Below, piece by piece: positions 38,382-49,600 of a stretch of 54,143 bases of DNA. Below the pieces are notes generated by a model. The model ran no database searches. It was not told where the DNA came from and saw only the letters and a list, made by a program, of their open reading frames with translations. The stretch is from an uncultured Planctomycetia bacterium (GTDB lineage: Bacteria > Omnitrophota > Gorgyraeia > 2-02-FULL-51-18). Each line of letters opens with the position of its first letter. The first letter of the stretch is position 1. The stretch lies in NCBI GenBank assembly GCA_964431835.1, contig CAYSKO010000012.1, positions 1 through 54,143 of the forward strand, read 5' to 3'. The translations under genes and the position numbers were made by a program.

Positions 38382-39662
38382 TTATTTAAGCACGCGCGTC
38401 GCGCGGTGCCCGATGTCTTTGCGGTAATGCATCTGGTCGAAGAAAATGTGTTCGACCGCGTTGTACGTGCGGGAGAGCGCCTCGAAGATGCCGCGGCCGT
38501 GGCCGACGACGTTAAGCACGCGGCCGCCGGCCGTCACGAGATCCCCGTCGGGCGTGCTCTTGGTACCCGCGTGGAAAACGTGGATGTTCTTGTCCTCGAG
38601 AGCGGTGCGTATCCCGGAGATCTTCCGGCCGGTCTCGTACGACTCAGGGTAACCGGGCGCGCAGAGCACCACGCACACACAGTCTTCTTCTTTCCACTCG
38701 AGCCGCACGGGTTCGAGGCGTTCCTCCACCGTGGCGAGAAAAAGCTCGAGAAGATCGTTCTTGAGGCGTGGCAGGATCGCCTGTGTCTCAGGGTCGCCCA
38801 GGCGCACGTTGAACTCGAGGACGCGGAAACCTTTCGAGGTGAGCATGATGCCCGCGTAGAGAAAACCTTTGTACGGCGTGCCGAGGCGGCGGAACTCGTC
38901 GACGATCGGAAGGAACACGCGCTCGAGAAGCTCGCGCTCGAACGCCTCGGTCACGATCGGCGCGGGCGAATACGCCCCCATGCCGCCCGTGTTAGGGCCG
39001 TGGTCGCCGTCGTACACGCGCTTGTGGTCCTGGCTCGAGGCCAGGAACTTGACGGATTTTCCGTCGGTGACCGCGATGACGGAGGCCTCTTCGCCGTCCA
39101 GAAACTCTTCGACGACGACGCGGTCGCCGGCCTTGCCGAAAACTTTTTTCACCATGTCCACGTGGATCGCTTCCATCGCGATGGGCATCGAGGTCGCGAC
39201 GACGACGCCCTTGCCGCCCGCCAGACCGTCGACCTTGATCACGATCGGAACACCCTTCTTCGCGACGTAATCCATCGCCTTTTCGGCGGACTCAAACGTT
39301 TCGGACTCGCCGGTGGGGATCGAAAGGCGCTTCATGAGCTCTTTCGAGAAGGCTTTCGAGCCTTCGAGACGCGCGGCCGCCTGGGAAGGTCCGAAAATCT
39401 TGATACCTTCTTTCGTGAAACGGTCGACGATGCCTTCGGTCAGCGGCGCCTCGGGCCCGACGACGACGAGATCGACCGCCTTCTCGCGGCAGAAGCGAAG
39501 CAGCGCGTCCTGGTCCTTCGCGGCGATGTCGACGCATTCGGCGACGTCGGTCATGCCCGCGTTTCCGGGCGCGACGTAGAGTTTGGTGAGCTTCGGAGAG
39601 AGCGAAAGCTTCCAGGCGATCGCGTGTTCACGGCCGCCCGAACCGATCACGAGAACGTTCAC
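38382..39662 (-). CDS. purD: Phosphoribosylamine-glycine ligase
   Basis: GSGGREHA, VGPEAPL, LEGSK, QDHKR..DGD.GPNTGGMGAY, EFNVRLGDPE. Confidence 0.98.
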   Translation of the reverse strand: MNVLVIGSGGREHAIAWKLSLSPKLTKLYVAPGNAGMTDVAECVDIAAKDQDALLRFCREKAVDLVVVGPEAPLTEGIVDRFTKEGIKIFGPSQAAARLEGSKAFSKELMKRLSIPTGESETFESAEKAMDYVAKKGVPIVIKVDGLAGGKGVVVATSMPIAMEAIHVDMVKKVFGKAGDRVVVEEFLDGEEASVIAVTDGKSVKFLASSQDHKRVYDGDHGPNTGGMGAYSPAPIVTEAFERELLERVFLPIVDEFRRLGTPYKGFLYAGIMLTSKGFRVLEFNVRLGDPETQAILPRLKNDLLELFLATVEERLEPVRLEWKEEDCVCVVLCAPGYPESYETGRKISGIRTALEDKNIHVFHAGTKSTPDGDLVTAGGRVLNVVGHGRGIFEALSRTYNAVEHIFFDQMHYRKDIGHRATRVLK

Positions 39663-40663
39663 TGGACCGAAACCCCTCCGCCTTTGGTGACTTCCCCGAC
39701 GATCCAGGCGCGCTCGCCGTGTTTCTGGAGATGCGAGATGACTTTTAGCGCGCGGTTCTTCGGCGTGACGAGGATGAGACCGATGCCCATGTTGAACGTG
39801 CGGTACATCTCCCGCGCCGGGACGCGGCCGGACTCTTCGATCCAGCGGAAGACGCGCGGAACGGGCCAGCTGCCCATGTGAATGCGCGCGCCGCGACCCT
39901 CGGGGAGGACGCGCGGAATGTTGTCGAAGAAACCCCCGCCCGTGATGTGCGCCATCGCGAAGACGGGCTCTTTCTGGATGAGCTCGAGGACGGGTTTCAC
40001 GTAGATTTTAGTGGGCTTCAAGATCTCTTCGGCGTGTTTCTTCACGAAGTCCGGCTTTAAAGCCTTCCGCACGAAAGAGAAGCCGTTCGAGTGGACGCCG
40101 CTCGAGGCGATGCCGATGATCGCGTGGCCGGGTTCGACGCCCTTGCCGTCGAGGATTTTACTCTCTTCGACGACTCCAACCGAGAAACCAGCGAGGTCGA
40201 AGTCGCCCTTCGCGTAGAGACCCGGCATTTCGGCAGTCTCTCCGCCGATCAGCGCACATCCCGCGTCCTCGCAGCCTTTGCCGATGCCCTTCACGACCTG
40301 GCGCATCATCTCGTTGTCGAGCTTTCCAACAGCGAAGTAGTCGAGGAAAAAAAGAGGCTCCGCGCCCAGGCAGAGGATGTCGTTCACGTTCATCGCCACG
40401 AGATCGACACCGATGCCTTCGTACAGGCCGGTGAGCTGGGCCAATTTAAGCTTCGTGCCGACGCCGTCGGTCGAAGTGACGAGGATCGGCTTTTTATATT
40501 TCTTCGGAATGCGGCAGAGCGCACCGAATCCGCCGATGCCGGCGACCACTTCGGGACGCCGCGTGGCCCTCGCGTAGGGTTTGATGCTCTCGATGAAATC
40601 GTTCGCCTTGTCGATGTCGACGCCGCACTTCTTGTAGCTTAAGCTTTTACGTTTTGTGGGCAT
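39659..40663 (-). CDS. purM: AIR synthetase
   Basis: TDGVGTKL, DLVAMNVND, GGETAEMPG, SSGVHSNGFS, HITGGG, TFNMGIG. Confidence 0.98.
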   Translation of the reverse strand: MPTKRKSLSYKKCGVDIDKANDFIESIKPYARATRRPEVVAGIGGFGALCRIPKKYKKPILVTSTDGVGTKLKLAQLTGLYEGIGVDLVAMNVNDILCLGAEPLFFLDYFAVGKLDNEMMRQVVKGIGKGCEDAGCALIGGETAEMPGLYAKGDFDLAGFSVGVVEESKILDGKGVEPGHAIIGIASSGVHSNGFSFVRKALKPDFVKKHAEEILKPTKIYVKPVLELIQKEPVFAMAHITGGGFFDNIPRVLPEGRGARIHMGSWPVPRVFRWIEESGRVPAREMYRTFNMGIGLILVTPKNRALKVISHLQKHGERAWIVGEVTKGGGVSVQ

Positions 40664-42113
40664 GCGTGATTCTTTCGCCGCTCCCTAATTTTGCGTTCTC
40701 GGATTTCTCCGTGTGGTATTTGCCGACGCCTTCGAACGGGATCGGGTACTCCCCGCTCCAGCAGGCGGTGCAGTAGTTTTCCTTCGGAAGGCTCACGGAC
40801 GCGAGCATCCCCTCGAGCGAAAGGTAGCCGACGGAGTCGCAGTCGAAGTACTTGCGGATCTCCTCGTCGTTGTACTTGTTGGCGATGAGTTCCTCGCGGG
40901 TCGGGAAGTCGATGCCGTACGCGCACGCGTACTTGTGCGGCGGGCAGGAAATCCGGAGATGGATTTCCTTGGCGCCGGCCTGCCGGAGGCTGCGCACGCG
41001 CATCCGCGAGGTGGTTCCGCGCACGATCGAGTCGTCGACGACGATGACGCGCTTGCCTTTCAGCACTTCGCGGACGAGGTTGAACTTCACCTTCACCTTG
41101 AAATCGCGCATGCCCTGGCTCGGCTGGATGAACGTGCGGCCGACGTAGTGATTGCGGATGATCCCCGCCTCGAGAGGGATGCCCGACTGCTGAGAGAAGC
41201 CGAGCGCGGCGGAGTTGCCCGAGTCGGGCACCGGGATCACGATGTCGGCGTCGACCGGATGCTCGAGGGCGAGCTGGCGGCCGAAACGCTTGCGCACTTC
41301 GTGGACGCTTTCGGTGAAAATCTTGGAATCCGGACGCGCGAAATAGACGTGCTCGAAGATGCAGTGGGCGATCTTCTTCTTCTCAGGGAAAAGATCGTGG
41401 TCGTCGGCGACGATCATCTGCGAGCGCACGCCCTTGTCGGTGATGTAGACGATCTCGCCGGGTTCGATCTCGCGCACGTGCTCGGCGTCCATGATGTCGA
41501 AGGCGCAGGTTTCGGACGCCACGACCCACGCGTCCCCGAGCTTGCCGAGCCAGAGAGGGCGGAACCCTTGAGGATCGCGCGCGGCCACGAGCATGTTGTG
41601 CGTCAGGAAAACGAGCGAGTAGGCGCCGCGCACGCGGGAGAGGGCGTCCGCGATGCCTTCTTCGACGTTGCGGAGCGCGGGCTTGGCCATCAAATGGATG
41701 ATGATCTCGCTGTCGGTCGTCGTCTGGAAGATCGAGCCGTAGGCCTCGAGCTCGGAACGGAGGATGTCGGCGTTGACGAGATTTCCGTTGTGCGCGATCG
41801 CGACTTCGCCGCGCGAGTAGTCGACGAGGATCGGCTGGGCGTTCTTCAAATTCGAGGAACCGGTCGTAGAGTAACGGACGTGGCCGATGGCGCGGTGGCC
41901 CTTCAGCTTGTCGAGGCATTCGCTCGAGAAGACGTCCTGCACATGGCCCATCGCGCGGTGCGACGACATGCGCTCGCCGTCCGTAACCACGATGCCGGCG
42001 GATTCTTCGCCGCGGTGCTGGAGCGCGTAGATACCCAGGTACGTCAGGTACGCGGCGTCTTTATGCCCGAAAATTCCGAATACGCCGCATTTGTCCTTCA
42101 ATTCGCCCGACAT
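40647..42113 (-). CDS. purF: Amidophosphoribosyltransferase (propeptide, Fe-S type)
   Basis: Short propeptide then CGVFG, QHRG, GHVRYST, CIFEHVYFARPDS, VDDSIVRGTT, C-terminal C..C. Confidence 0.98.
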   Translation of the reverse strand: MSGELKDKCGVFGIFGHKDAAYLTYLGIYALQHRGEESAGIVVTDGERMSSHRAMGHVQDVFSSECLDKLKGHRAIGHVRYSTTGSSNLKNAQPILVDYSRGEVAIAHNGNLVNADILRSELEAYGSIFQTTTDSEIIIHLMAKPALRNVEEGIADALSRVRGAYSLVFLTHNMLVAARDPQGFRPLWLGKLGDAWVVASETCAFDIMDAEHVREIEPGEIVYITDKGVRSQMIVADDHDLFPEKKKIAHCIFEHVYFARPDSKIFTESVHEVRKRFGRQLALEHPVDADIVIPVPDSGNSAALGFSQQSGIPLEAGIIRNHYVGRTFIQPSQGMRDFKVKVKFNLVREVLKGKRVIVVDDSIVRGTTSRMRVRSLRQAGAKEIHLRISCPPHKYACAYGIDFPTREELIANKYNDEEIRKYFDCDSVGYLSLEGMLASVSLPKENYCTACWSGEYPIPFEGVGKYHTEKSENAKLGSGERITHAHKT

Positions 42114-42145
42114 CCCGACCTTCCCTTCTATAGACTTACGAAAGC

Positions 42146-44377
42146 TTACGAAGCGGACCCCATGCGGCGGTGGATCGACGTGCGCCAGGCGTGCGAAAGG
42201 ACTTTAAGCGGCGCTTTGACGAGGCCGTTGATCGCGAGCGATTCTCCGCCCACGCGCCCGATCTCGCGGACCGGAACGCCCTTAGATTCTATCACCTCAA
42301 GCGCCCTCTTAGCACGCGCGGCGTCCACGGAAACGACCACCCGCGACTGCGATTCGCCGAAAAGAAGCGCCTGCGGCGTGAGGGAGCCCTGAGGGAGGTC
42401 GACCGTTGCTCCGATCTCTTTTCCCTTAAATGAGATACAGCTTTCGGCAAGCGCGACGGCGAGACCGCCTTCCGAGCAGTCGTGGGCGGACTTGAGGAGC
42501 CCCTCGGCGGCGGTCGAGAGGATGGCGTCCAGAAGGTGCTTTGCCTCGCCGAGATCCAGCCGCGGCACAGGGCCCGCCTTCACGCCGAAAAGAACTTTGA
42601 GGAATTCCGAACCACCGAGCTCCTCGTGGGTGTCACCCAGGAGCAGGATCACATCTCCAGCGTCCTTGAAGTGGGATGTCACGGGCTCGCGCCCTTCCAG
42701 GAGGCCGACCATGCCGATGGTGGGAGTCGGATCGACCGCGCCCTTCGGGTTCTGGTTGTAGAGCGAGACGTTGCCGCCCGAAACCGGCGTCGCGAACGCA
42801 ACGCACGCGTCCCGCATGCCCTCGACCGAACGCTTGAGCTGCCAGAAAATTTCCGGATTGTGCGGGTTACCGAAGTTGAGGCAATTCGTGACCGAAAGCG
42901 GCGCGGCGCCCGAGCAGGCGACGTTGCGCGCGGATTCAGCGACGGCGATTTTGCCGCCGAGATACGGATCGAGGTAGCAGTAGGTCGAATTGCAGTCGAG
43001 CGAAACGGCGATATACTTGTCGGTTCCCTTCACGCGGATCACGGAGGCGTCTGAGCCCGGAAGGACGACCGTGTTCGTGCGCACCATGTGGTCGTACTGT
43101 TCGTAGACCCATTCCTTGGAGGCGATCGTCGGGGAATCGAGGAGCTTGAGGAGCGCGGCGTTCAAGTCCCCGGTCTTCGCGAGCAGCGTCTTCGGATCGA
43201 ACGTTTTCTTTTCCTTATAGTACGCGGGCTCGCGTTCTTCGCGCGTGTACACCGGCGCGTCGTCGGCTAGGCGCTTGGCCGGAATCTCGACGACCGTAAC
43301 GCCGCCTTCCTTCACGCGCATGATGCCGTCGCCGGTCACGAAACCGATCTCCTCGGCGTGGAGGTCCCACTTTTTGAAGATACGCTTAGCTTCGTCTTCG
43401 CGGCCCTTCTGGATGATGACGAGCATGCGTTCCTGGGATTCCGAGAGCATGATCTCGTATGGGATCATGCCGGTCTCACGCTGGGGAACTTTCGCGACGT
43501 CGATCTCGATACCCATGCCGCCGCGCGAGGCGGTCTCGCAGGTCGAGCACGTGAGGCCGGCCGCACCCATGTCCTGGATGCCCACGACGCAGCCGGATTT
43601 GAGGAGCTCAAGCACGGCTTCTAAGAGAAGCTTTTGGAGGAACGGGTCGCCGACCTGGACCGCCGGACGGTCCTTCTCGGATTCCGCGGAGAGATCCTTC
43701 GAGGCGAACGCGGCGCCGCCCATGCCGTCGCGACCGGTCGCGGCGCCGAGATAGAAAACCGGGTTGCCAATGCCTTCGGCCTTCGCCTTCACGATCTCTT
43801 CCTTGCGGGCGAGGCCGAGCGCGAACGCGTTCACGAGCGGATTGCCTTCGTAGGATTCGTCGAAATACACTTCGCCGCCGGTCGTCGGGATGCCCATGCA
43901 GTTGCCGTAGTGCGCGATGCCCGCGACCACGCCGGTGAGAAGGCGTTTAACGGCGGGTTCTTCGATTTTGCCGAAGCGCAGCGAGTTCATGCACATGATC
44001 GGGCGAGCCCCCATGGTGAAGATGTCGCGCAGGATGCCACCCACGCCGGTCGCGGCGCCCTGGAACGGCTCGATCGCCGACGGGTGGTTGTGCGATTCGA
44101 CTTTGAACGCGATCACCCAGCCGTCGCCGATGTCGACGACGCCCGCGTTCTCCTCTCCCGCCTTCACGAGCATGCGGCGGCCGTCCTTCGGAAGGAGCTT
44201 GAGGACGTTCTTGGAATTTTTATAGGAGCAGTGCTCGCTCCACATGACGGAGAAAATGCCGAGCTCCGTGACGTTCGGCTCGCGGCCGAGGATGCTCTTA
44301 ATCTCCTCGTACTCGGAAGGCGTGATGCCGTGTTTCTGGATTAGGTCCGGGGTGATCTCGACGGCCTGGGGGGTCAC
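42146..44377 (-). CDS. purL: FGAM synthase large subunit
   Basis: [56 protein letters not shown]. Confidence 0.98.
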   Translation of the reverse strand: MTPQAVEITPDLIQKHGITPSEYEEIKSILGREPNVTELGIFSVMWSEHCSYKNSKNVLKLLPKDGRRMLVKAGEENAGVVDIGDGWVIAFKVESHNHPSAIEPFQGAATGVGGILRDIFTMGARPIMCMNSLRFGKIEEPAVKRLLTGVVAGIAHYGNCMGIPTTGGEVYFDESYEGNPLVNAFALGLARKEEIVKAKAEGIGNPVFYLGAATGRDGMGGAAFASKDLSAESEKDRPAVQVGDPFLQKLLLEAVLELLKSGCVVGIQDMGAAGLTCSTCETASRGGMGIEIDVAKVPQRETGMIPYEIMLSESQERMLVIIQKGREDEAKRIFKKWDLHAEEIGFVTGDGIMRVKEGGVTVVEIPAKRLADDAPVYTREEREPAYYKEKKTFDPKTLLAKTGDLNAALLKLLDSPTIASKEWVYEQYDHMVRTNTVVLPGSDASVIRVKGTDKYIAVSLDCNSTYCYLDPYLGGKIAVAESARNVACSGAAPLSVTNCLNFGNPHNPEIFWQLKRSVEGMRDACVAFATPVSGGNVSLYNQNPKGAVDPTPTIGMVGLLEGREPVTSHFKDAGDVILLLGDTHEELGGSEFLKVLFGVKAGPVPRLDLGEAKHLLDAILSTAAEGLLKSAHDCSEGGLAVALAESCISFKGKEIGATVDLPQGSLTPQALLFGESQSRVVVSVDAARAKRALEVIESKGVPVREIGRVGGESLAINGLVKAPLKVLSHAWRTSIHRRMGSAS

Positions 44378-45033
44378 ACGGCCTCCAAGATGGATTGGAA
44401 TATCGCCAGGCCGTCGGTGGAGCCGAGCTCCTTTTCGGAGGCGCGTTCGGGATGTGGCATGAGGCCAAACACGTTACGCGCTTCGTTCGTGATTCCCGCG
44501 ATGTCCTCGCGCGAGCCGTTCGGGTTGTCGACGTAGCGGAGGAGGACCTGGTCGTTTTCGTTCAGTTTTTTGAGGGTCGCGTCGTCCGCGTAGTAGTTCC
44601 CCTCGCCGTGCGCGACGGGGATCGAAAGCCGCTGGTCCTTCTTGAGATGTTTCATGAATGGCGAGTGAGTGGAATCCACTTTCAGCGTCACGAATTTGCA
44701 GACGAATTTGAGGGATTCGTTCCGGAGCATCGCGCCCGGCAGAAGACCCGCTTCAAGAAGGATCTGAAAGCCGTTGCAGATGCCGATCACGGGGCGGCCT
44801 TTTTCGGCGTGTTTCTTGACCGCATCCATCACGGGCGAAAAACGGGCGATCGCGCCCGTGCGCAGGTAATCGCCGTAGCTGAAGCCGCCCGGCAGGACCA
44901 CGCAGTCGATCTTCGAGAGGTCGGGATCCTTGTGCCAGACGAACTCCGCCGGCTGGCCGAGCACGTCTTTGACGACGTGCAGGCAATCGTGGTCGCAGTT
45001 CGATCCGGGGAAAACGACGACGCCGAAACGCAT
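44374..45033 (-). CDS. purQ: FGAM synthase glutaminase subunit
   Basis: [37 protein letters not shown]. Confidence 0.98.
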   Translation of the reverse strand: MRFGVVVFPGSNCDHDCLHVVKDVLGQPAEFVWHKDPDLSKIDCVVLPGGFSYGDYLRTGAIARFSPVMDAVKKHAEKGRPVIGICNGFQILLEAGLLPGAMLRNESLKFVCKFVTLKVDSTHSPFMKHLKKDQRLSIPVAHGEGNYYADDATLKKLNENDQVLLRYVDNPNGSREDIAGITNEARNVFGLMPHPERASEKELGSTDGLAIFQSILEAV

Positions 45034-45042
45034 GCTGTTCCT

Positions 45043-45282
45043 TTAATTCAATTCGTAGCGGTACTCTTCGATCACGGTGTTCGCGAGAAGCTTCTCGCAC
45101 ATCGACTTCACGCGCTCTTCGGCCTTCGCGCGGTCCACGGCGCCGAGATCGAGCTCGATGTATTTGCCCATACGCACGTCCGAGACGCCGGAGAAACCCA
45201 ACGACTCGAGCGCCTGCTGGACGACTTTCCCCTGCGGGTCGAGGACGGATTTCTTGAGGGTCACATAGACCTTGGCCTTCAT
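45043..45282 (-). CDS. purS: FGAM synthase small subunit
   Basis: VLDPQG, VRMGK, MCEKLLANTVIE. Confidence 0.96.
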   Translation of the reverse strand: MKAKVYVTLKKSVLDPQGKVVQQALESLGFSGVSDVRMGKYIELDLGAVDRAKAEERVKSMCEKLLANTVIEEYRYELN

Positions 45283-46583
45283 TTTTGCCTCCCGAGCGTA
45301 CGGTTGAAGATGGTGCGGACGTGCTTGAGATGATACTCGAGGCCGAAGAGGCCATCGAGTTCACCGGTCGAGAAACGCGAGCTGACCTCGGGCTCTTCGG
45401 AAAGCACGTCCTTCAGATTGAGCGATTTGTCGCGCCAGACGAGCATGCTGTATTTTTGGACGATCTTATAGGCTTCGTCGCGCGAGAGGCCCTTGTCGAT
45501 GAGGGCGAGAAGGACGCGTTGGGAGAAGATGAGGCCGCGCGTCTTCCAGACGTTCTCGAGCATGTTCTCGGGGTACACGTGGAGCCCGGCGACGATCGCG
45601 ATCGTCTCGCGGGTCATGAAGTGCGCGAGGATGAACGAGTCCGGCAGGATCACGCGTTCGACCGAAGAGTGCGTGATGTCGCGCTCGTGCCAGAGCGCGA
45701 TGTTTTCGAGAGCGGCGAGCGCGTTTCCGCGTAGCACGCGCGCAAGACCCGAGACGCGTTCGCAGTTTACGGGATTGCGCTTGTGCGGCATCGCGCTCGA
45801 GCCGGTCTGTCCTTCCGAGAACGGCTCTTCGAGCTCGAGGGTTTCCGTCTTTTGGAGATGGCGCACTTCGGTCGTGAATTTTTCGAGCGAGCCGCCGAGG
45901 ATCGCGATCGCGGTCAGGACCTCGGCGTGGCGGTCGCGCTGGAGGACCTGCGTGGACACCGACGCTACTGCCAGATTGAGCCGCTTCATCGCGCGCTTTT
46001 CAACCTGGGGATCGATGTTCGCGTACGTGCCGACCGCGCCCGAAATCTTTCCGACCGAGATCACGTTTCGCGCCATTTCAAGGCGCAGCAGGTTGCGTTT
46101 AAATTCCTCGTGGAAAAGGAGAAGTTTGAGGCCGAGCGTCACGGGTTCGGCGTGGACGCCGTGGGAGCGGCCCATCATCGGGGTGTCCCGGTAGGCCAAG
46201 GCGAGGCGGCGAAGCTTTTGAATCAGCTCTTCGACCGAGCCGATCAGAAGATCCAGCCCTTCGCGGATCTGGAGAGAAAGCGCGGTGTCGAGGACGTCGC
46301 TTGAGGTAAGGCCTTTGTGGATGAAGCGCGCTTCGGGCCCCACGGATTTACCGACGGACTTGAGGAAAGCGGTTACGTCGTGCTTCGTAACCCTTTCAAA
46401 TTCATGGATTTCCGATACTTTGAATCGGGCTTTCTTCCGGATCTTAACCGCGGCGGCTTTCGGGATCAGGTTAAGCTCCGCCATCGCTTCGCAGGCTGCG
46501 ATTTCAACCTCCAACATCACCTGAAAGCGGTTTTCTTCGGTCCAGATTCTGCCCATTTCGGGCAGGGTGTAACGATTGATCAA
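45279..46583 (-). CDS. purB: Adenylosuccinate lyase
   Basis: INRYT..EM, HDV.AF, TSSDVLDT, GRSHGVHAEP, GSSAMPHKRNP, WHERDITHSSVER. Confidence 0.98.
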   Translation of the reverse strand: MINRYTLPEMGRIWTEENRFQVMLEVEIAACEAMAELNLIPKAAAVKIRKKARFKVSEIHEFERVTKHDVTAFLKSVGKSVGPEARFIHKGLTSSDVLDTALSLQIREGLDLLIGSVEELIQKLRRLALAYRDTPMMGRSHGVHAEPVTLGLKLLLFHEEFKRNLLRLEMARNVISVGKISGAVGTYANIDPQVEKRAMKRLNLAVASVSTQVLQRDRHAEVLTAIAILGGSLEKFTTEVRHLQKTETLELEEPFSEGQTGSSAMPHKRNPVNCERVSGLARVLRGNALAALENIALWHERDITHSSVERVILPDSFILAHFMTRETIAIVAGLHVYPENMLENVWKTRGLIFSQRVLLALIDKGLSRDEAYKIVQKYSMLVWRDKSLNLKDVLSEEPEVSSRFSTGELDGLFGLEYHLKHVRTIFNRTLGRQK

Positions 46584-46699
46584 GCGCGCTCCGACGAAAA
46601 AGATAGCCTTACGAACCCCGGAAAAGAAGGTTCATTATAAGCAAAGAACCCGTGGGAGGTAAAGGTGGAAGTTCCCGGGGCAGGCGGAAGGCCGCCGGA

Positions 46700-49600
46700 T
46701 TACGCGGCGCTGTCGGTGGCGCGTTTGGAGAGGAGGAGGATCTCGAGATCGGCCGTGAGCGGCTGGGGCTTCACGAGGACGATCACGAAGCCGTAACCCG
46801 AATCCGTCTTCTTGAGATACGGAGCGAGTTCGGGATAGTTCGAAAGATCGAGGCCGGCGGCGTTGAGTGTAGCGACGACGAGGACGCCGGCGAAAGAGAT
46901 GGTTTCGTTGGCGCCGGGGCGCTGGACCGCGAAGACGTTGAGTCGGCCTTGAGCCTTCAGCTTCTGGAGATCGGCGGAGACGGTCGCCATTTCGGCGGCA
47001 ACGTTCTCGGGCGATTCGGAGTTAACCGCGAGGCCGATCGACATGCCACTGCGTTTCATCTCGGGGAAACGGCTCGCGAGCGCGGCGTCGAGGCCGTCGG
47101 CGAGTTTCTCTTCCTTCGAAAGCTCAACGAGAGTGAAACGGACTTTGCCGGCGAGCGCCTGTTCGTGCGCTGCGAGTTTCGCTTCGGCGAGTTCGCGGGC
47201 CTGCCTGGCGAGCGGATCGCCGCGGTGCGTGATCGCGATCATGAGGGTGCCCTGGAAACCGGCGCGTTCGAGTTTGGCTGCGTTGACGCGCGCGCCTTCC
47301 TGGAAATCGACGGTCATGTCATAGCCGTTCTCGTCGAACACGGCTGCGTACGGCATGCCGACGACGTACGTGGTCTGGGGCGCCGCACCGAGAATGGACG
47401 GATCGACCGCCGCGCCCGAGACGCCGTAGATCGACCAGTTCGAGCGCATCCAGAAAACGAGTTTGCCGAGCGACGGGATCGCGTCGAGGAACCGGGAAAG
47501 AAGCGTGCGGGTGTCGGCGATTTCGGGAGCGGCCGTCGGGACGGACGCGGTCGGGACGGGCGTCTCGACGCCGGTGCGAAGCGCGCGAAGCTCTTCGCGG
47601 ACTTCGCCGACGAGCGCGGTGCGGCTTTCGAAGCGCCGGGTTTCGTCGGCTGTGCGAGCGAAGCGCGCGAGCGTTTCGGGCGTGACGCCCGGATTCTGGA
47701 CGGCCGCGAGTTCGGCGGGCGTAGTCACTTCGACGGTGCTGACCGAGACGGCTCCCCGCTCGTCAAGCGAGATACCGTAGACCAAGAGCGGAAGAGCGAC
47801 GGGAACGCCGAGGCGCGGAGCGGTTGACGCGTACGAAACGAGAGCGGGATCGCCGGGCTTCAAGTCGTCGAGGTGGGCCGCGATGCGGGTGCCGGCCTGA
47901 CGGATGTCCGCGATCGCCAGACGCGCTCCGGCGGGGCGCTCGGGAACACGCTCGGCGACGGTGCGGCGCGCGGTAAGGACAGCGTCGCGGAGCTGGGAAA
48001 GAAGGAACGCACGCGTCGTTCCCGAAGGGGCGATTTCTTCGTTCAGCGCGCGGTAAGCGGGGCTCGTGAACTGATTGCGTCGCACGGAAAGGCGCTCGCC
48101 CAGCTCACTCGCAGGGAGTGAGAGTGCTTGGCCGTAAGTTCGAAGGTGGGCCTCGATTTCGTTCTCGGCGGGGCGAAGCGCGGTTTCGAGAGCCGTGACG
48201 TAGCTTTCAAGGTGCGAGAGAACGCGGGGGTCGGAGGCGGCACGCGCGCGGATTTCGTCGACGAGGGCACCGGCCAGGGAAGCGTCCAGGCGCGGAAGCG
48301 TGTTCAAGAATTCCAAAGCGGCGTCGGCGCGCGCGAAGAGCGCGAGCGGATTCGACGCGCCCTCTGCCGTGAGACCGGCAAGAGTCAGACCCTCAACGAT
48401 GCGCGCGGCTTCGGGGAGGCGCTCGAGCGAGCCTTCGCCCGTCAGCGCGTAAACCGAAGTCCGTCCGGCACCCTCGTTCACGGAAAGGCGCAAACGGCTC
48501 GCGTCGAACGGATCGCGGTAAATCTCGACGGCTTCGCGGCCCAGCGCCTGGAACACGGTGGCCACGGGGACGTTCGGCGAACCCGCGAAGGAGAGCGGCT
48601 CGATCCGGGCAGTCTCGCCGGGGCGGCTCACGATCCGGAAAATAGAGAGAGCGTCTTCCAATGCGCCGCGAACGGCCGCGAACCGGATCCGCGTGCCGTC
48701 GGGACGTCGCAGGCCGGTGCGGGTCACGACGGCGAAGGCGCCGAGCGGACCGAACGGACGGGCGTACGCTTCCACCTCGGCTGGCGGCACGCCGAGCGAG
48801 CGAAGGCGCTCGAGGAACTCTTCGAACCTCCCGAAACGTTCGCTGTCGGGACGGTACTCGGCGACCGAACCGCGCGTGCGGATCACGGTGCGGACCGCGT
48901 CGGCGTAATTCAAAACCTGGTCCTCGAACGCGTCCGGCTCGGTTTGATTGATACCGACGAACGCGATGAGCCGCTCGGGACGCCCGAGCACTTGGGCCAC
49001 GCGGTTTTCGAAAATACCGCCGGCCGCGCCGATGAGAAGAGCGGGATACTCCGAGCGCAAGCGCGTCAAAGGATAACCCGCAGCGACGAGAGCTTGCTCG
49101 ACGCGGTCGAAGCGTTTGAGAAGGACGCCTTCGGTGCCGGAACGCAGCGCGGCGTCGAGTGCGGCCTTCACGTCCGGAGCGGTGTCGTCGACGGTCGAGA
49201 ATAGGACCGCGCGCGAAGCGACCGTATCCGTGCGAATCGCGTCGACGCGCTCGGGCGTCGCATCGGGGAGGACCACCACGTTGGCGCCGGCTTCCACGCC
49301 GCGGCGGACGGCCTCGAGGTCGGATTTCTGAAGATGGAGGAAGATTACGGCTTCGGGGCTCTGCCGGCGTGTCTCGGCAACGAGCGCGGCGTTGTCCACG
49401 CCCACCATGACGCGGTTCTGGCGCATGATCTCGCCGAAGCGCCCGATGCGTTCGGGGGCGACCGCTTGGAACGGGGGCTGCGCGCCGATTTCGGTGTGCA
49501 ACCCGCTTTCGACGCGGAATGCGTTCACCTGACGGAGCGTGAGCGTACGCGAAGGCAGGCGCGCGCCGGCAATAGCGGAACCGGACGGAGCGGGGGTCGC

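Noticed and set aside
35639-42392. Long plus-strand ORFs (551, 491 and 559 aa) opposite glyA, purD and purF
   Set aside because: Antisense shadow frames of conserved genes, with no recognisable motifs.
46584-46699. Purine or ZMP riboswitch upstream of purB
   Set aside because: Only a TATAAT (46634-46639) and weak short hairpins; no recognisable aptamer consensus.
47283-47300. Seventh motif-like GARV (QEGARVNAA) in the C-terminal module
   Set aside because: Deviates at two positions and sits within a domain-like context rather than a linker; treated as chance.
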